IMG/VR virus record: IMGVR_UViG_3300005529_000024 | Location: 1 to 64,000 of that record | Origin: a virus | Length of the DNA stretch: 64,000 nt | Direction: 5' to 3' (one strand) | Shown here: positions 46,875-56,207 of the stretch, in pieces | Numbering within the stretch: position 1 is the stretch's first letter | Layout of the letters: each line of letters opens with the position of its first letter | The notes under the pieces: generated by a model | The model's input: the letters and a program-made list of their open reading frames with translations, nothing else | Database searches by the model: none | What the model was told of the DNA's origin: nothing | Translations under genes and position numbers: made by a program

Positions 46875-47200
46875 GTATTAAAAAGTATATAGATAAAGTA
46901 AACGAATCAAGACAAGAGTATATGCGTTATTACGCTGAAGCTGGAGTTTGGATCTTTCTTGAGCCGTCTGATTTCGAGTATGACAATAAGATCCAAGATT
47001 TGAAAGATAATAAGGAATTATCAATCGAAGAGAAGATTAGGGAAGCTAAAGAGTATACACATACGGTCGCTTTAGGAAAAGCAGCAGAATTGGAGAGCTT
47101 AGCCGAAGAGAGATTCGGCATAAAGCTATCAATTGATGTTAGCTCAACCTCTGATGATCATATTAATTGGTACGATATTTTTGAACCTGAACAGGATTAA
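46871..47200 (+). CDS. leader-bearing putative internal head protein
   Basis: MSIKKYIDKVNE. Confidence 0.6.
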   Translation: MSIKKYIDKVNESRQEYMRYYAEAGVWIFLEPSDFEYDNKIQDLKDNKELSIEEKIREAKEYTHTVALGKAAELESLAEERFGIKLSIDVSSTSDDHINWYDIFEPEQD

Positions 47201-47218
47201 TTAAAGGAGAAATAAAAA

Positions 47219-47506
47219 ATGAAGAAAGACATTTCTAAATTAGCTGATCAAATTTTGGAAGATCATGCACGTAAATCAGTTCCATGGTGGGAAAGTCCAC
47301 TTTCTGGAGAAGAGAAGACTCTCGGTAAGTATAATGACGGCAAGGATGCTTTCCTGAAAGGAAAGAAAGATGCCCCCCTTATTGAGAAACGCGGTAAGTC
47401 TGGTGGATCTCTGGCCCGTAAAACTGGTCCTCTTATGAAGAGCCACAGCGAGCGTCCTATGCAGGAGAAGAAAGCTTCAAAACGTTGTAAACATTGTGGA
47501 AAATAA
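47219..47506 (+). CDS. basic protein with leader-like N-terminus
   Basis: ISKLADQILE; AGGAG RBS. Confidence 0.6.
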   Translation: MKKDISKLADQILEDHARKSVPWWESPLSGEEKTLGKYNDGKDAFLKGKKDAPLIEKRGKSGGSLARKTGPLMKSHSERPMQEKKASKRCKHCGK

Positions 47507-47523
47507 TTATCTATATGGAGTAG

Positions 47524-47799
47524 ATGATAGTGCTAAACGTTGCTTTTGACGTTGATGGAACTCTTCAGAATTACGGTGAACCTAATAAGCCTGTTATAAC
47601 TTTATTCAAGGAATTTGAGGGCTTAGGTTGTAATATGTATATCTGGAGCGGCGAAGGTGTAAAACACGCTGAGGAATGGAGAGATAGGCTAGGATTAACA
47701 GCTACTGTAGTGAAAAAGGGGTCGTTTGTACCAGATTTTGCAGTCGATAATGTTAAAGGAACGAAATTAGGGCAGGTTAATATTATATTAACTAAATAA
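47524..47799 (+). CDS. minimal HAD-superfamily protein
   Basis: AFDVDGTL motif I, IWSG motif II, AVD motif IV. Confidence 0.7.
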   Translation: MIVLNVAFDVDGTLQNYGEPNKPVITLFKEFEGLGCNMYIWSGEGVKHAEEWRDRLGLTATVVKKGSFVPDFAVDNVKGTKLGQVNIILTK

Positions 47800-47830
47800 T
47801 TATCCTAACTTTTGCTCTTTTGCGTCTTGC
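47799..47830. promoter_or_regulatory. bipartite motif copy 2
   Basis: ATTATCCTAAC-N11-TGCGTCTTGC. Confidence 0.6.
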
Positions 47831-47927
47831 ATGATAGACAAGTGTAAGCATTTTTATGCCGTAAATATGCGCTTAAAAATCTTATACTATTGATATATTT
47901 AGTATATTTCCATTAGAGGGAACAAAA

Positions 47928-48239
47928 ATGACATTATTGACATTCGCAAATTCACTGGTTGGACAGGTAACTTTCATGGTTATGGGTATGGCTTCCCACT
48001 TCTTAAAGAAGAAGCTCGCAAATGAGGATAAAGCTACCTTTATGGAGTATTATGGTGGCTTCTGGGGTTATACTCTTGCCAATCTTGGTGTTGCCTTTGC
48101 CTGTTTGACCGCTTTAGTACAGTCTGGCATGGCTTCTGCCTTGACTCTGTTTTTAGCTGGATACACTTGTGATTCTATCTTACAGAAGAGCGTTGGTGAT
48201 CTAAGCCATGTTCTTCCAGTACCAAAACAAGACAATTAA
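47928..48239 (+). CDS. holin-like membrane protein
   Basis: Three hydrophobic segments, 103 aa. Confidence 0.45.
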   Translation: MTLLTFANSLVGQVTFMVMGMASHFLKKKLANEDKATFMEYYGGFWGYTLANLGVAFACLTALVQSGMASALTLFLAGYTCDSILQKSVGDLSHVLPVPKQDN

Positions 48240-48271
48240 CTTATTATAATTTGTCCCAATGGAGGTTGTAA

Positions 48272-48595
48272 ATGGAGATACAAAGGAATTACATGAATGT
48301 ATTTACCGAATCGTTATTGGGGCAAGATTTTAAGGCAGTCAAACAGATAAAGAACGACGAAGTACATAAAATATACATGTACGGGTACGTTATAGAAGTT
48401 CCATTTCCGGATGGTAATCTGCTACGTTGTTTTGGTAACAATAAGATGCAGCTTATTGAGTCAACTAAAATGATACTTCACAATCATAATATCACTGATA
48501 GTATGCTTAGTGTTTTAAGTAATTATTTTACGGGCGAAAGCGTTAGCATATCGTTAGCTCCATTGATGATACTTGATGGAGAAACAAATGGGTAA
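48272..48595 (+). CDS. hypothetical protein
   Basis: GGAGG RBS. Confidence 0.6.
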   Translation: MEIQRNYMNVFTESLLGQDFKAVKQIKNDEVHKIYMYGYVIEVPFPDGNLLRCFGNNKMQLIESTKMILHNHNITDSMLSVLSNYFTGESVSISLAPLMILDGETNG

Positions 48596-48754
48596 CAAAA
48601 ATCTTTTAACAAACACCACTCATGGGCGTGGTTCTGAACAGGAGTGTGCCAATGACTAGTGTTCTTGCTGATGCAGTTTTAGTTTTGATTATCTTTACTA
48701 TCTCATTAATTTCCTCAATATCGTTTCATTAATCTAACAATTCGAGAAAAATCA

Positions 48755-49240
48755 ATGAGCCTAAAAGATAGGCTTGATCTCGTATTCTCTGAGATACTGG
48801 AGGATGCAGATCAGGTTGACAGTCTTCCTATTGCCTTGTCAAAAAAGACTACTGCTAAGTTCGAGCCTTTATCTTCTTCCTATGCTATGACTTTTTTAAA
48901 GGTTGATTCGAATAAAGGTTCTTATACATTCAAAATATATCACGTGCCGCAAGATAACGTTGCTGTCATATACACTTATGATTCTGATGGTCGTTATCTT
49001 GGTCTTTACAGTAAAGACAACATTAACAACACAGATGAGTTAGCAAGTTTCGTTAACGATGTCTTAGACAGAGTTAATCCCACTAAATCTGATGGTGATA
49101 ACAGAGATGTCGGCCATTTAGGGAATGCCGGTACGGGTCCCAAACAGTTTATGTCCGATCCTTCAACTTCCGGCGTATCTAGTGACCTTCTATCTCAGAG
49201 GGGATTCTACTCTTTAGAAAGTAAAGAGATAAAGAAATAA
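48755..49240 (+). CDS. hypothetical protein with leader-like N-terminus
   Basis: MSLKDRLDLVFSEILE. Confidence 0.6.
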   Translation: MSLKDRLDLVFSEILEDADQVDSLPIALSKKTTAKFEPLSSSYAMTFLKVDSNKGSYTFKIYHVPQDNVAVIYTYDSDGRYLGLYSKDNINNTDELASFVNDVLDRVNPTKSDGDNRDVGHLGNAGTGPKQFMSDPSTSGVSSDLLSQRGFYSLESKEIKK

Positions 49241-49279
49241 TTTATTAACAAAAAAGAAATATTTTAAGGGGTAATACAA

Positions 49280-49570
49280 ATGGCACTTCCTTCAACATTT
49301 AATTTACATTTCAGAAATAATTCGACATACCAGATTGATTTCGTATCGAGTGAAGTTGTCGCTGGTGGAACTTATCCAGATCAACCAGCACTAGATACAC
49401 ATTTTGGCCGTGTCAATCCTGGAACAATATCTGGTCAGTCTCTTCAAGAGCTAAAAGATCTTGCTATGTGGTTTGATCGTATGCAATTACGAGATGACGA
49501 TGTAGATCTTCCTGGATTTCAGTCATACAATATGGGTCAGCAGAGACAACCTCTACTTCTGATTCAGTAA
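49280..49570 (+). CDS. hypothetical, possibly structural protein
   Basis: ORF track; followed by strong hairpin. Confidence 0.6.
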   Translation: MALPSTFNLHFRNNSTYQIDFVSSEVVAGGTYPDQPALDTHFGRVNPGTISGQSLQELKDLAMWFDRMQLRDDDVDLPGFQSYNMGQQRQPLLLIQ

Positions 49571-49578
49571 TTAATCAT

Positions 49579-49613
49579 GTTAACACTAGCAGGTATCCCC
49601 TGCTAGTGTTAAC
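49579..49613. terminator. perfect 15-bp inverted repeat (terminator/processing hairpin)
   Basis: GTTAACACTAGCAGG-TATCC-CCTGCTAGTGTTAAC. Confidence 0.6.
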
Positions 49614-49629
49614 TAAATTTAGGTTTTTG

Positions 49630-50208
49630 ATGAAGATTAAAGATTTAATTGAGGATGGTGAAGGTGTGCAGATGGGAGGTACTTATGCCCCCCTGCAAAA
49701 AGATATGGGTGATATCGATCATTCGCCTTCTTTTCAAGATAAATCTGCTGCCGACACTAAAGAATCTTTGTTCAATCCTCCCAAGCAAAAAGGTGTTAAC
49801 GCTGATAAATATCTTTCTCAAGTCAAGAAGGATCAGTCGTTAGTCTCTAAGCAGTTGGGTATAAAGGTTGAAGTTCTTGCTGCTGAAGAAAAAGAGGAAT
49901 GGTTACAAATCTCTACACCAGCAGGACATTACAAAGTTCATAGTACGGCTGAAAAAATAGATGTAAAAAATAATCGGAACTATCACAAAATCACAATTGA
50001 TATCTATGATAACGATGGTAGCTCGCTGGTGAGTTCTTATACTACAGTGAAGCCGCGTTATTTCAGTGTTGATGAGTTGATAGACTTATACTTCCGGGCA
50101 TACCTTAAAGCAGGCGCTGTAAAAAATAAGCCTGCTGATAATATGGTAAATGGTCAACCAGGTGCATTAGCACCTCTTTCACCTTTGAAGCCTGGTGGAA
50201 ACTTATAA
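49630..50208 (+). CDS. putative head protein with short leader
   Basis: MKIKDLIE at ATG 49630. Confidence 0.6.
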   Translation: MKIKDLIEDGEGVQMGGTYAPLQKDMGDIDHSPSFQDKSAADTKESLFNPPKQKGVNADKYLSQVKKDQSLVSKQLGIKVEVLAAEEKEEWLQISTPAGHYKVHSTAEKIDVKNNRNYHKITIDIYDNDGSSLVSSYTTVKPRYFSVDELIDLYFRAYLKAGAVKNKPADNMVNGQPGALAPLSPLKPGGNL

Positions 50209-50220
50209 TCGGAGAAATTA

Positions 50221-50454
50221 ATGGTAGGAAAGTTTAAGAACGTAACTAATTTTACTCTAACGATTGCTAGAAACGTCAAGGTCAATCCTGATGAAGTATA
50301 TGATGGGGAAGTTGAGGATAATTTAGTTACACGTGGAATGCTCATTCCTGTTGAGTCTTTAAAAGTAACGACAAAGAAATCAACAATTCTTCTAGAGAAT
50401 AAAGAACTTTCTGAAGAGTCTTTGAATAAATATGGACAAGAAACTTCTCAATGA
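50221..50454 (+). CDS. hypothetical protein
   Basis: GGAG RBS. Confidence 0.55.
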   Translation: MVGKFKNVTNFTLTIARNVKVNPDEVYDGEVEDNLVTRGMLIPVESLKVTTKKSTILLENKELSEESLNKYGQETSQ

Positions 50455-52330
50455 GTTTATAAGAAAAACAAAAGGTAAAGAAGAATACTGCGTATTCTCA
50501 CACCAGACTAACAAGAATTTCGGTTGTTACCCTTCCAAAGCAAAAGCAAATAAGCGATTAGGACAGATAAAAATGTTTTCAAAAATGAAAGAATCTATCG
50601 ATAAGCTATTTGCTGAAATGTCATCTGTGACTCCTAATTATGGTCCAGATGCATTAGAGCGAGGTGGTGATGATCAAAGACTATCACGACAAATGCTTCT
50701 CTTTATCGACGGCAAGCGTAAGAATGGTGCTGTCAAAGATGAGATTATCGATGATCTAAAAAACTTATATAGTCTTACTGGTGAGCAAGCTGAAAACTAT
50801 CTCAACATGTATCTGGATTGGAAAGCATCTAAGATGGAATCAAAACTTAACGAAGCTACTGACTATCCCTTTCTTAATCATATAAAAGATCCTATGCGGT
50901 TGCATAGTGATGGTGAAAGCGAGCTAATAAATCTCCCGCTTTTTTGTGTTGGCTCCCTTCAATTATATGGTGCAGAATCCGAGCCTTTGTTTGATATTCG
51001 CATAGATTCAAGAGCTAAGATTCAAGAATCTATGGAAAAATCTGATACTCTCACAGAGGAAATAGAAGAGGAGTTTGAAAGAGATTATATCAGTGGTTCT
51101 TGGTCAAACTGGATTAAAGGTTGGGTTACTCGCAAGGGTGGAGAAGTAGAACATTCTGGCAATACTTATAATGAAGACTCAGCACACTATTGGGGTGATA
51201 TATTCGAATATACAGCATTCAAGGATCTAGATGGTCATGATGGTGCTATTATCATGTGGCATCATGGCGGGGATGTTCGCGGTAATTATGGTCTTCCAGA
51301 AGTATGGTTTGGTGATTTTGAAGAATTTTTCTCAGCTCAATATTTTTCTGAGTCTAGTGAAGAAATAGCCTACATGCTTGGTTACGAGGGTGATTTTTCT
51401 AAATTAGAAGATGATATCAAGCGATGGAAGAATGACGAAGAGTATATTCCATCACAAAAAGATAAAGAGGATATGGGACAAGAAAGGCTTCCTGGCATGG
51501 AATCAAAACAAGAAGTAACAGATTTGAATGTTCGTGATCGTTACTCAGAGCTTGGACTAGCGGAACCTTATACCTTCGCATATGAGGCTGCTCCTAGCGA
51601 AACTGGTGTTACTGTTAAACATCGGCTTCGAAAAGGACCAATGGGTATCGTAAAGAATATCATTGGTAAGAGTGCTGTCGTAGCTTGGGATGACGGGACA
51701 AAAGGAACTTATCCACTATCTGTTCTTACTACCGAATCTAAGGTTGAAGACAAAAAGGTAGATGAGATTACCGGAACAGGAATGGTCGGCACTTATTCAA
51801 AACCTTTCGCATTCTCTTCTGCGGACATTGATGATCTTGCTAAAGAGATGAAGAAGAAAAAAGCTAAGAAAGAATCTGCTAACTACGATCAAGAGGGAAA
51901 TATGAATGGAGAGGATCGTAGCCGTGGTTCTGCATTCGCTTCTGGTCCTGGTTCTAATGTTGGCACGAGCGATGATCGTACTGCTTCTATCGATAAGATA
52001 TTCCAGTATGCTGCTCCTTATCTAGTCAAAGCTGAAAGCAAAGAAGATAAATCCATGCCTGAACTCATGAAGCTGTGGAAACGTCTTGCTGATGTTCCAG
52101 TGGATGATAATGGAAATATCCAGCATTCATTTTTGAGCTTTCCCTCTGGTACTCATAGGGAAGATATCTGGCACTGGTTTGAAGCTCAAAATCCTGAATT
52201 TTCTGTTGCTAAAGCTATGAAAATGTCTGAGAGCGTGATCGTAATTCCTCCTGCTACTGAGGGATCGGTTAGTAAAGAAGATATTGTAAAAGAGCTTGAG
52301 GATGTTGCTAGACAATTAAGGATTAAATAG
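50432..52330 (+). CDS. large modular putative internal head protein (possible polyprotein)
   Basis: MDKKLLNE; KNFGCYPSKAKANKRLGQI domain; internal MKESIDKLFAE; FPSGTHREDIWHWFE domain. Confidence 0.7.
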   Translation: MDKKLLNEFIRKTKGKEEYCVFSHQTNKNFGCYPSKAKANKRLGQIKMFSKMKESIDKLFAEMSSVTPNYGPDALERGGDDQRLSRQMLLFIDGKRKNGAVKDEIIDDLKNLYSLTGEQAENYLNMYLDWKASKMESKLNEATDYPFLNHIKDPMRLHSDGESELINLPLFCVGSLQLYGAESEPLFDIRIDSRAKIQESMEKSDTLTEEIEEEFERDYISGSWSNWIKGWVTRKGGEVEHSGNTYNEDSAHYWGDIFEYTAFKDLDGHDGAIIMWHHGGDVRGNYGLPEVWFGDFEEFFSAQYFSESSEEIAYMLGYEGDFSKLEDDIKRWKNDEEYIPSQKDKEDMGQERLPGMESKQEVTDLNVRDRYSELGLAEPYTFAYEAAPSETGVTVKHRLRKGPMGIVKNIIGKSAVVAWDDGTKGTYPLSVLTTESKVEDKKVDEITGTGMVGTYSKPFAFSSADIDDLAKEMKKKKAKKESANYDQEGNMNGEDRSRGSAFASGPGSNVGTSDDRTASIDKIFQYAAPYLVKAESKEDKSMPELMKLWKRLADVPVDDNGNIQHSFLSFPSGTHREDIWHWFEAQNPEFSVAKAMKMSESVIVIPPATEGSVSKEDIVKELEDVARQLRIK

Positions 52331-52335
52331 TTCTT

Positions 52336-52602
52336 ATGAAGAATGCGTTACCTCCTCCTCGTAAAAAAGATGTATACACAGGCAAGATGCAGTTTATATA
52401 TCTTGGTCGAGATCAGGGTTATCGGGTAAAGACTAAAGAGTTATCGAGTGGTAAGTGGCGTCAATTATGGATTGAGCCAGAGAAGATAAAAGAAGTATTG
52501 ATCGATTCTAAAATTCCTAACTACGAATTCTGGCTAGATTATCTGTATAACTTTGGAAAAATAGTTGTTGATTTTGATCTTCATACAGTAACTAGGGTAT
52601 AG
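52336..52602 (+). CDS. hypothetical protein
   Basis: ORF track. Confidence 0.6.
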   Translation: MKNALPPPRKKDVYTGKMQFIYLGRDQGYRVKTKELSSGKWRQLWIEPEKIKEVLIDSKIPNYEFWLDYLYNFGKIVVDFDLHTVTRV

Positions 52603-52618
52603 CATAAAGGTAAATCAC

Positions 52619-54052
52619 ATGTATCTAAAAGAAAATTTATTGGAAGTACTGCCATTCCATTATGAATTGGTGGAAGATAAAAGTACTTCAGGTAAGCCTA
52701 CTAAGAAGGTAGTGGGCACATTCCAAGTTGCTGAAGTGAAAAATGCGAATGGTCGTATCTATCCCAAGAAGTTATGGGAGAGAGTAATCAACGATCCTGG
52801 TGTTCAGCAAAAAATTAAGAACAGAGAGCTTTATGGTGAGTTGGATCATCCGGATGATGGTCAAACCAAACTAAAGAGAGTTTCGCATGTCATCACCGAA
52901 CTACGTATGGATGGAAATCAGATTATCGGTGTAGCTGAGATTCTTCCTACTCCTCACGGACAAATTTTGAGTGGCTTGTTTGATGCCAAGACAAGTCCCG
53001 GTATTTCATCTCGTGGTAAGGGGTCAGTACGTAACGAAGCAGCAGGCTCAGTAGTTTGCGATGATTATGATTTTATGACATTCGATTTTGTGTCCGGACC
53101 ATCGGCTCCCGGTGCATATCCTAAACCAATGAATGAAAATTCGAATAGTGGTATTTTTGGAGGTAATATAAAAATGAGTTTGGCAGATCTTAAAGTAATC
53201 AAAGAGAATGTAGAGTTATCTGTGAAATCTCTTGCTAGCTTACAGGGTCCGGATCGTGAACGTCTATTCTCTAAGCTTACTGAAGCTGAAGTTGAGATCA
53301 ATAAGATTGTTCAGACTGAACCTGCTCTAGCTGATTTCGGTCAAGAGATCAAGGATCTAATCAAGAAAGCTAAGACTGAGAATGTTAACGAAGTTTCAGA
53401 CAAGGAAAAGCTTGCTGCTGCTATCGTGATTATCGAAAAAGCGAAAGAGAATCTTAAGAGTCTACAAGAGAGCTACGCTAAGGACATCGAAGCTTCTCAG
53501 AAGATTGTCAAGGAACTTGTAGAAAAACTCGCTTCTCTTCAAGAAGAAGCTAAGAAAAATAAATTCGAAGAGAAATATGAAACCGTTTGTGAGCTTGGTG
53601 ATGAGCTTGCTAAACGTGCAGATAAGTTTCGGCGTAAATATGAAGCTGCTTGCAAAATTGGCGATGAGCTTCTAGAACGCGCAAAGGATTACTCCATTAA
53701 ATATGAAGCTGCTTGCAAGATCGGTGAAACTCTCTTAGATGAACGCAACAAATTACAGGAAGAGAAAGACGCGCATCTGACCCTCATTAATGAGATGGTC
53801 AAGAAGTCGAAAGCTGGTAAGAAAGCAGAACCTAAGAAAGAAGAAAAGAAGGAAGAAAAGAAAGAGAGCATTCAGGATAGGAAAGATGCTCAACAGAAGA
53901 ATCTCACAGAGAAAGCTGCTCTTCCTGGAGACGCTAAAGCAAAGTTAGATGAATCAAAGGGTAAAAAGGCTGCGGATAAACCTGCTGCTAAGGCCCCAAA
54001 AGTATCTGCTCCTTCGTTTTTCAAGAAAGCGATGGGTAGAGTCGGTAAATAA
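52619..54052 (+). CDS. gp21: prohead core protease (T4 gp21-like) fused to coiled-coil scaffold
   Basis: KNANGRIYP, GELDHP, VSHVI, TPHG, GISSRGKGS, FDFVSGPS; C-terminal coiled coil with KYEAACKIG repeats. Confidence 0.9.
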   Translation: MYLKENLLEVLPFHYELVEDKSTSGKPTKKVVGTFQVAEVKNANGRIYPKKLWERVINDPGVQQKIKNRELYGELDHPDDGQTKLKRVSHVITELRMDGNQIIGVAEILPTPHGQILSGLFDAKTSPGISSRGKGSVRNEAAGSVVCDDYDFMTFDFVSGPSAPGAYPKPMNENSNSGIFGGNIKMSLADLKVIKENVELSVKSLASLQGPDRERLFSKLTEAEVEINKIVQTEPALADFGQEIKDLIKKAKTENVNEVSDKEKLAAAIVIIEKAKENLKSLQESYAKDIEASQKIVKELVEKLASLQEEAKKNKFEEKYETVCELGDELAKRADKFRRKYEAACKIGDELLERAKDYSIKYEAACKIGETLLDERNKLQEEKDAHLTLINEMVKKSKAGKKAEPKKEEKKEEKKESIQDRKDAQQKNLTEKAALPGDAKAKLDESKGKKAADKPAAKAPKVSAPSFFKKAMGRVGK

Positions 54053-54140
54053 CGTTAGATTATTTCCCAAATATTAAAATAGTTTTTTCAAATAGGTAGG
54101 AATCTAGTCCTACTTTTCTCAAACTGGAGGTTATAAATAA

Positions 54141-55517
54141 ATGTCAGGTAAATTTCTAAATGAAGAATTAGAGAACCATGCTACTCGGCTTCTCGAAGAA
54201 AAGTGGGGAGAGTATCTTGATGGTATCGATAGTGATGTAAAGAAAGCATTCACCGCTATTCTTTTGGAGAACACTGATAAAGCTCTAAAGAGAATGGATG
54301 AAAGCACTCGTACAGTTAACGTTGGTACTTTCACAAAATATATTTTCCCTGTTGTTCGTGCAGTTGTACCCAATCTTATCGCACAGGATATCGTTAGTGT
54401 TCAGCCTATGACTGGACCTACTTCTCAGATCTTCTATTTCGATATTCTCTACGGGACTTCAAAGGGTCAAGTCTCTGCTGGACAGAAACTATTTGATGCT
54501 CAGTCCGGTCCATCCATGATCGGTAATACATACTCTTCAGAGCGTGTTGATACCGAAACGGATGTTCCCTCTCCAGCATTTGATGGTGTCGCCACTGGTC
54601 CATTCACCTTCACGCTTTCGTTCCGTCCTGTTGTTCCTCGCACTATCGTTATCACTGTCGGTAGCGTTGTTGGTCAGGATGATGGTAATGGTCATATCGT
54701 CGGGACTGGTATCTCAGCAGGTACTATTAACTACAGCACTGGACTTGTTTCTCTCACATTCACTTCTGCTCCATCTGCTCCTACAACTGTTCTTGCTTCT
54801 TATACTTATGCAGTTGAATCGGTTGATGTTCCAGAACTCGATATTCTCTTAAGTTCTCTACCAGTTACTGCTCAGAAGCGTAGACTTCGTGCTCGTTGGT
54901 CACTCGAAGCTGCACAGGACCTTATGGCCTTGTTCGGAATCGATGCTGACGTAGAAGTAACCGCTGCAATGGCAGAAGCAATCAAAGCTGAAATTGATCG
55001 GGAAGTTATTGCTGATCTTTTTGCAATTGCTCCTTCTGGTGCCGGAACAATTCCTACTTTCCACACTACTCCTGGATCTGGAATTTCTTATACTGAGTGG
55101 AAACTTCAGTTCATCGATAGTCTCGTTTACGGAAGCAACGCAATCTTCAAGGCAACCAAACGTGCTGTCGGTAACTTCGTCATCGCCGGTGTTGATGTTT
55201 CTAGCATCATCGAAACACTCCCTGGTTTCGTACCAGTTCCTGGTGCTCTTAATCAGGTCGGTGTTGTTAAAATCGGAACTTTGAATGCTCGTTGGGATAT
55301 CTTCAAAGATCCATATATCACCAGCACGAACTATCTCGTTGGTCACAAGGGTTCAACCTTCCTTGATACTGGATATGTTTATGCTCCGTATATTCCACTT
55401 TACACTACGCCTACTGTAGTCTTGGATGATTTCCTTGGCCGCAAGGGTGTAGGAACGCAATATGCCAAGAAAATCGTGAACTCTCGATTCTATGCTTCTG
55501 GAAATATTGCTCCTTAA
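54141..55517 (+). CDS. gp23: major capsid protein (T4 gp23 family)
   Basis: VRAVVPNLIAQDIVSVQPMTGP, RRLRARWSLEAAQDL, EIDREVI, GYVYAPYIPL. Confidence 0.95.
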   Translation: MSGKFLNEELENHATRLLEEKWGEYLDGIDSDVKKAFTAILLENTDKALKRMDESTRTVNVGTFTKYIFPVVRAVVPNLIAQDIVSVQPMTGPTSQIFYFDILYGTSKGQVSAGQKLFDAQSGPSMIGNTYSSERVDTETDVPSPAFDGVATGPFTFTLSFRPVVPRTIVITVGSVVGQDDGNGHIVGTGISAGTINYSTGLVSLTFTSAPSAPTTVLASYTYAVESVDVPELDILLSSLPVTAQKRRLRARWSLEAAQDLMALFGIDADVEVTAAMAEAIKAEIDREVIADLFAIAPSGAGTIPTFHTTPGSGISYTEWKLQFIDSLVYGSNAIFKATKRAVGNFVIAGVDVSSIIETLPGFVPVPGALNQVGVVKIGTLNARWDIFKDPYITSTNYLVGHKGSTFLDTGYVYAPYIPLYTTPTVVLDDFLGRKGVGTQYAKKIVNSRFYASGNIAP

Positions 55518-55533
55518 TTGCAGTTAGAATGTT

Positions 55534-55568
55534 TGAGGGGGAGATTTTTCTCCCCCTCATTATTCTTT
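55534..55568 (+). terminator. intrinsic terminator after major capsid gene
   Basis: TGAGGGGGAGA-TTTT-TCTCCCCCTCA followed by T-rich tract. Confidence 0.8.
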
Positions 55569-55600
55569 AAATGGATGTAATTTTTTAAAGGTAATCGTAA

Positions 55601-56206
55601 GTGATTAAAAAACTTTTGCTTATATTATTGATAGTATTTTCATTACACTCAAATGCCGATGCTATGAACAATATTGGCAAGGCTTATAAAGCAGTAGTAA
55701 ATGTGCGTGGTGCAGGAGTAACAGGTTCTGCTGTTGGTATATCACATAAAGGTAAGCAGACATGTTACCTTTCTGCTGCTCATGTATTTTTTCAAAAAGG
55801 AACTATGTCTGTAGGTAAACAGATCATAGATTCTATCGTTCTTAGTACTAAAGATGATATCGCTTTCTTCTGTATAGATGGCATATACGATATAGTAAAA
55901 ATATCAGATAACCCTCCTGAAGTTGGTGATACAGTATTCGCTGTTGGATTTGGTAATAGTCCTTCTGCTCCATATATCAGCCAAGGTGTTTATTCTCATA
56001 TTGATACTCGGAATTATGTAACTCCAGCTTATGCTACTACTGCATCTATATTCTTTGGAAATTCAGGTGGTGCTCTTCTTAATGAGAAGGGTGAACTTAT
56101 CGGTATAACTGTAGCTGTAGATATGCGCGAAGGAAATCCAATATATTTTCATTCTCTCCATCTGTTGCTTTCTACGATAAAAATTTTCTTGAAGGGTTTG
56201 ATGTAA
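55601..56206 (+). CDS. trypsin-like (S1) serine protease with signal peptide
   Basis: SAAHV, DIA, GNSGG catalytic triad motifs. Confidence 0.85.
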   Translation: MIKKLLLILLIVFSLHSNADAMNNIGKAYKAVVNVRGAGVTGSAVGISHKGKQTCYLSAAHVFFQKGTMSVGKQIIDSIVLSTKDDIAFFCIDGIYDIVKISDNPPEVGDTVFAVGFGNSPSAPYISQGVYSHIDTRNYVTPAYATTASIFFGNSGGALLNEKGELIGITVAVDMREGNPIYFHSLHLLLSTIKIFLKGLM

Positions 56207-56207
56207 A

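Noticed and set aside
54132-54139. T4 late promoter TATAAATA before the capsid gene (also at 37441)
   Set aside because: It lies between RBS and start codon here, and the word is expected by chance in AT-rich DNA.
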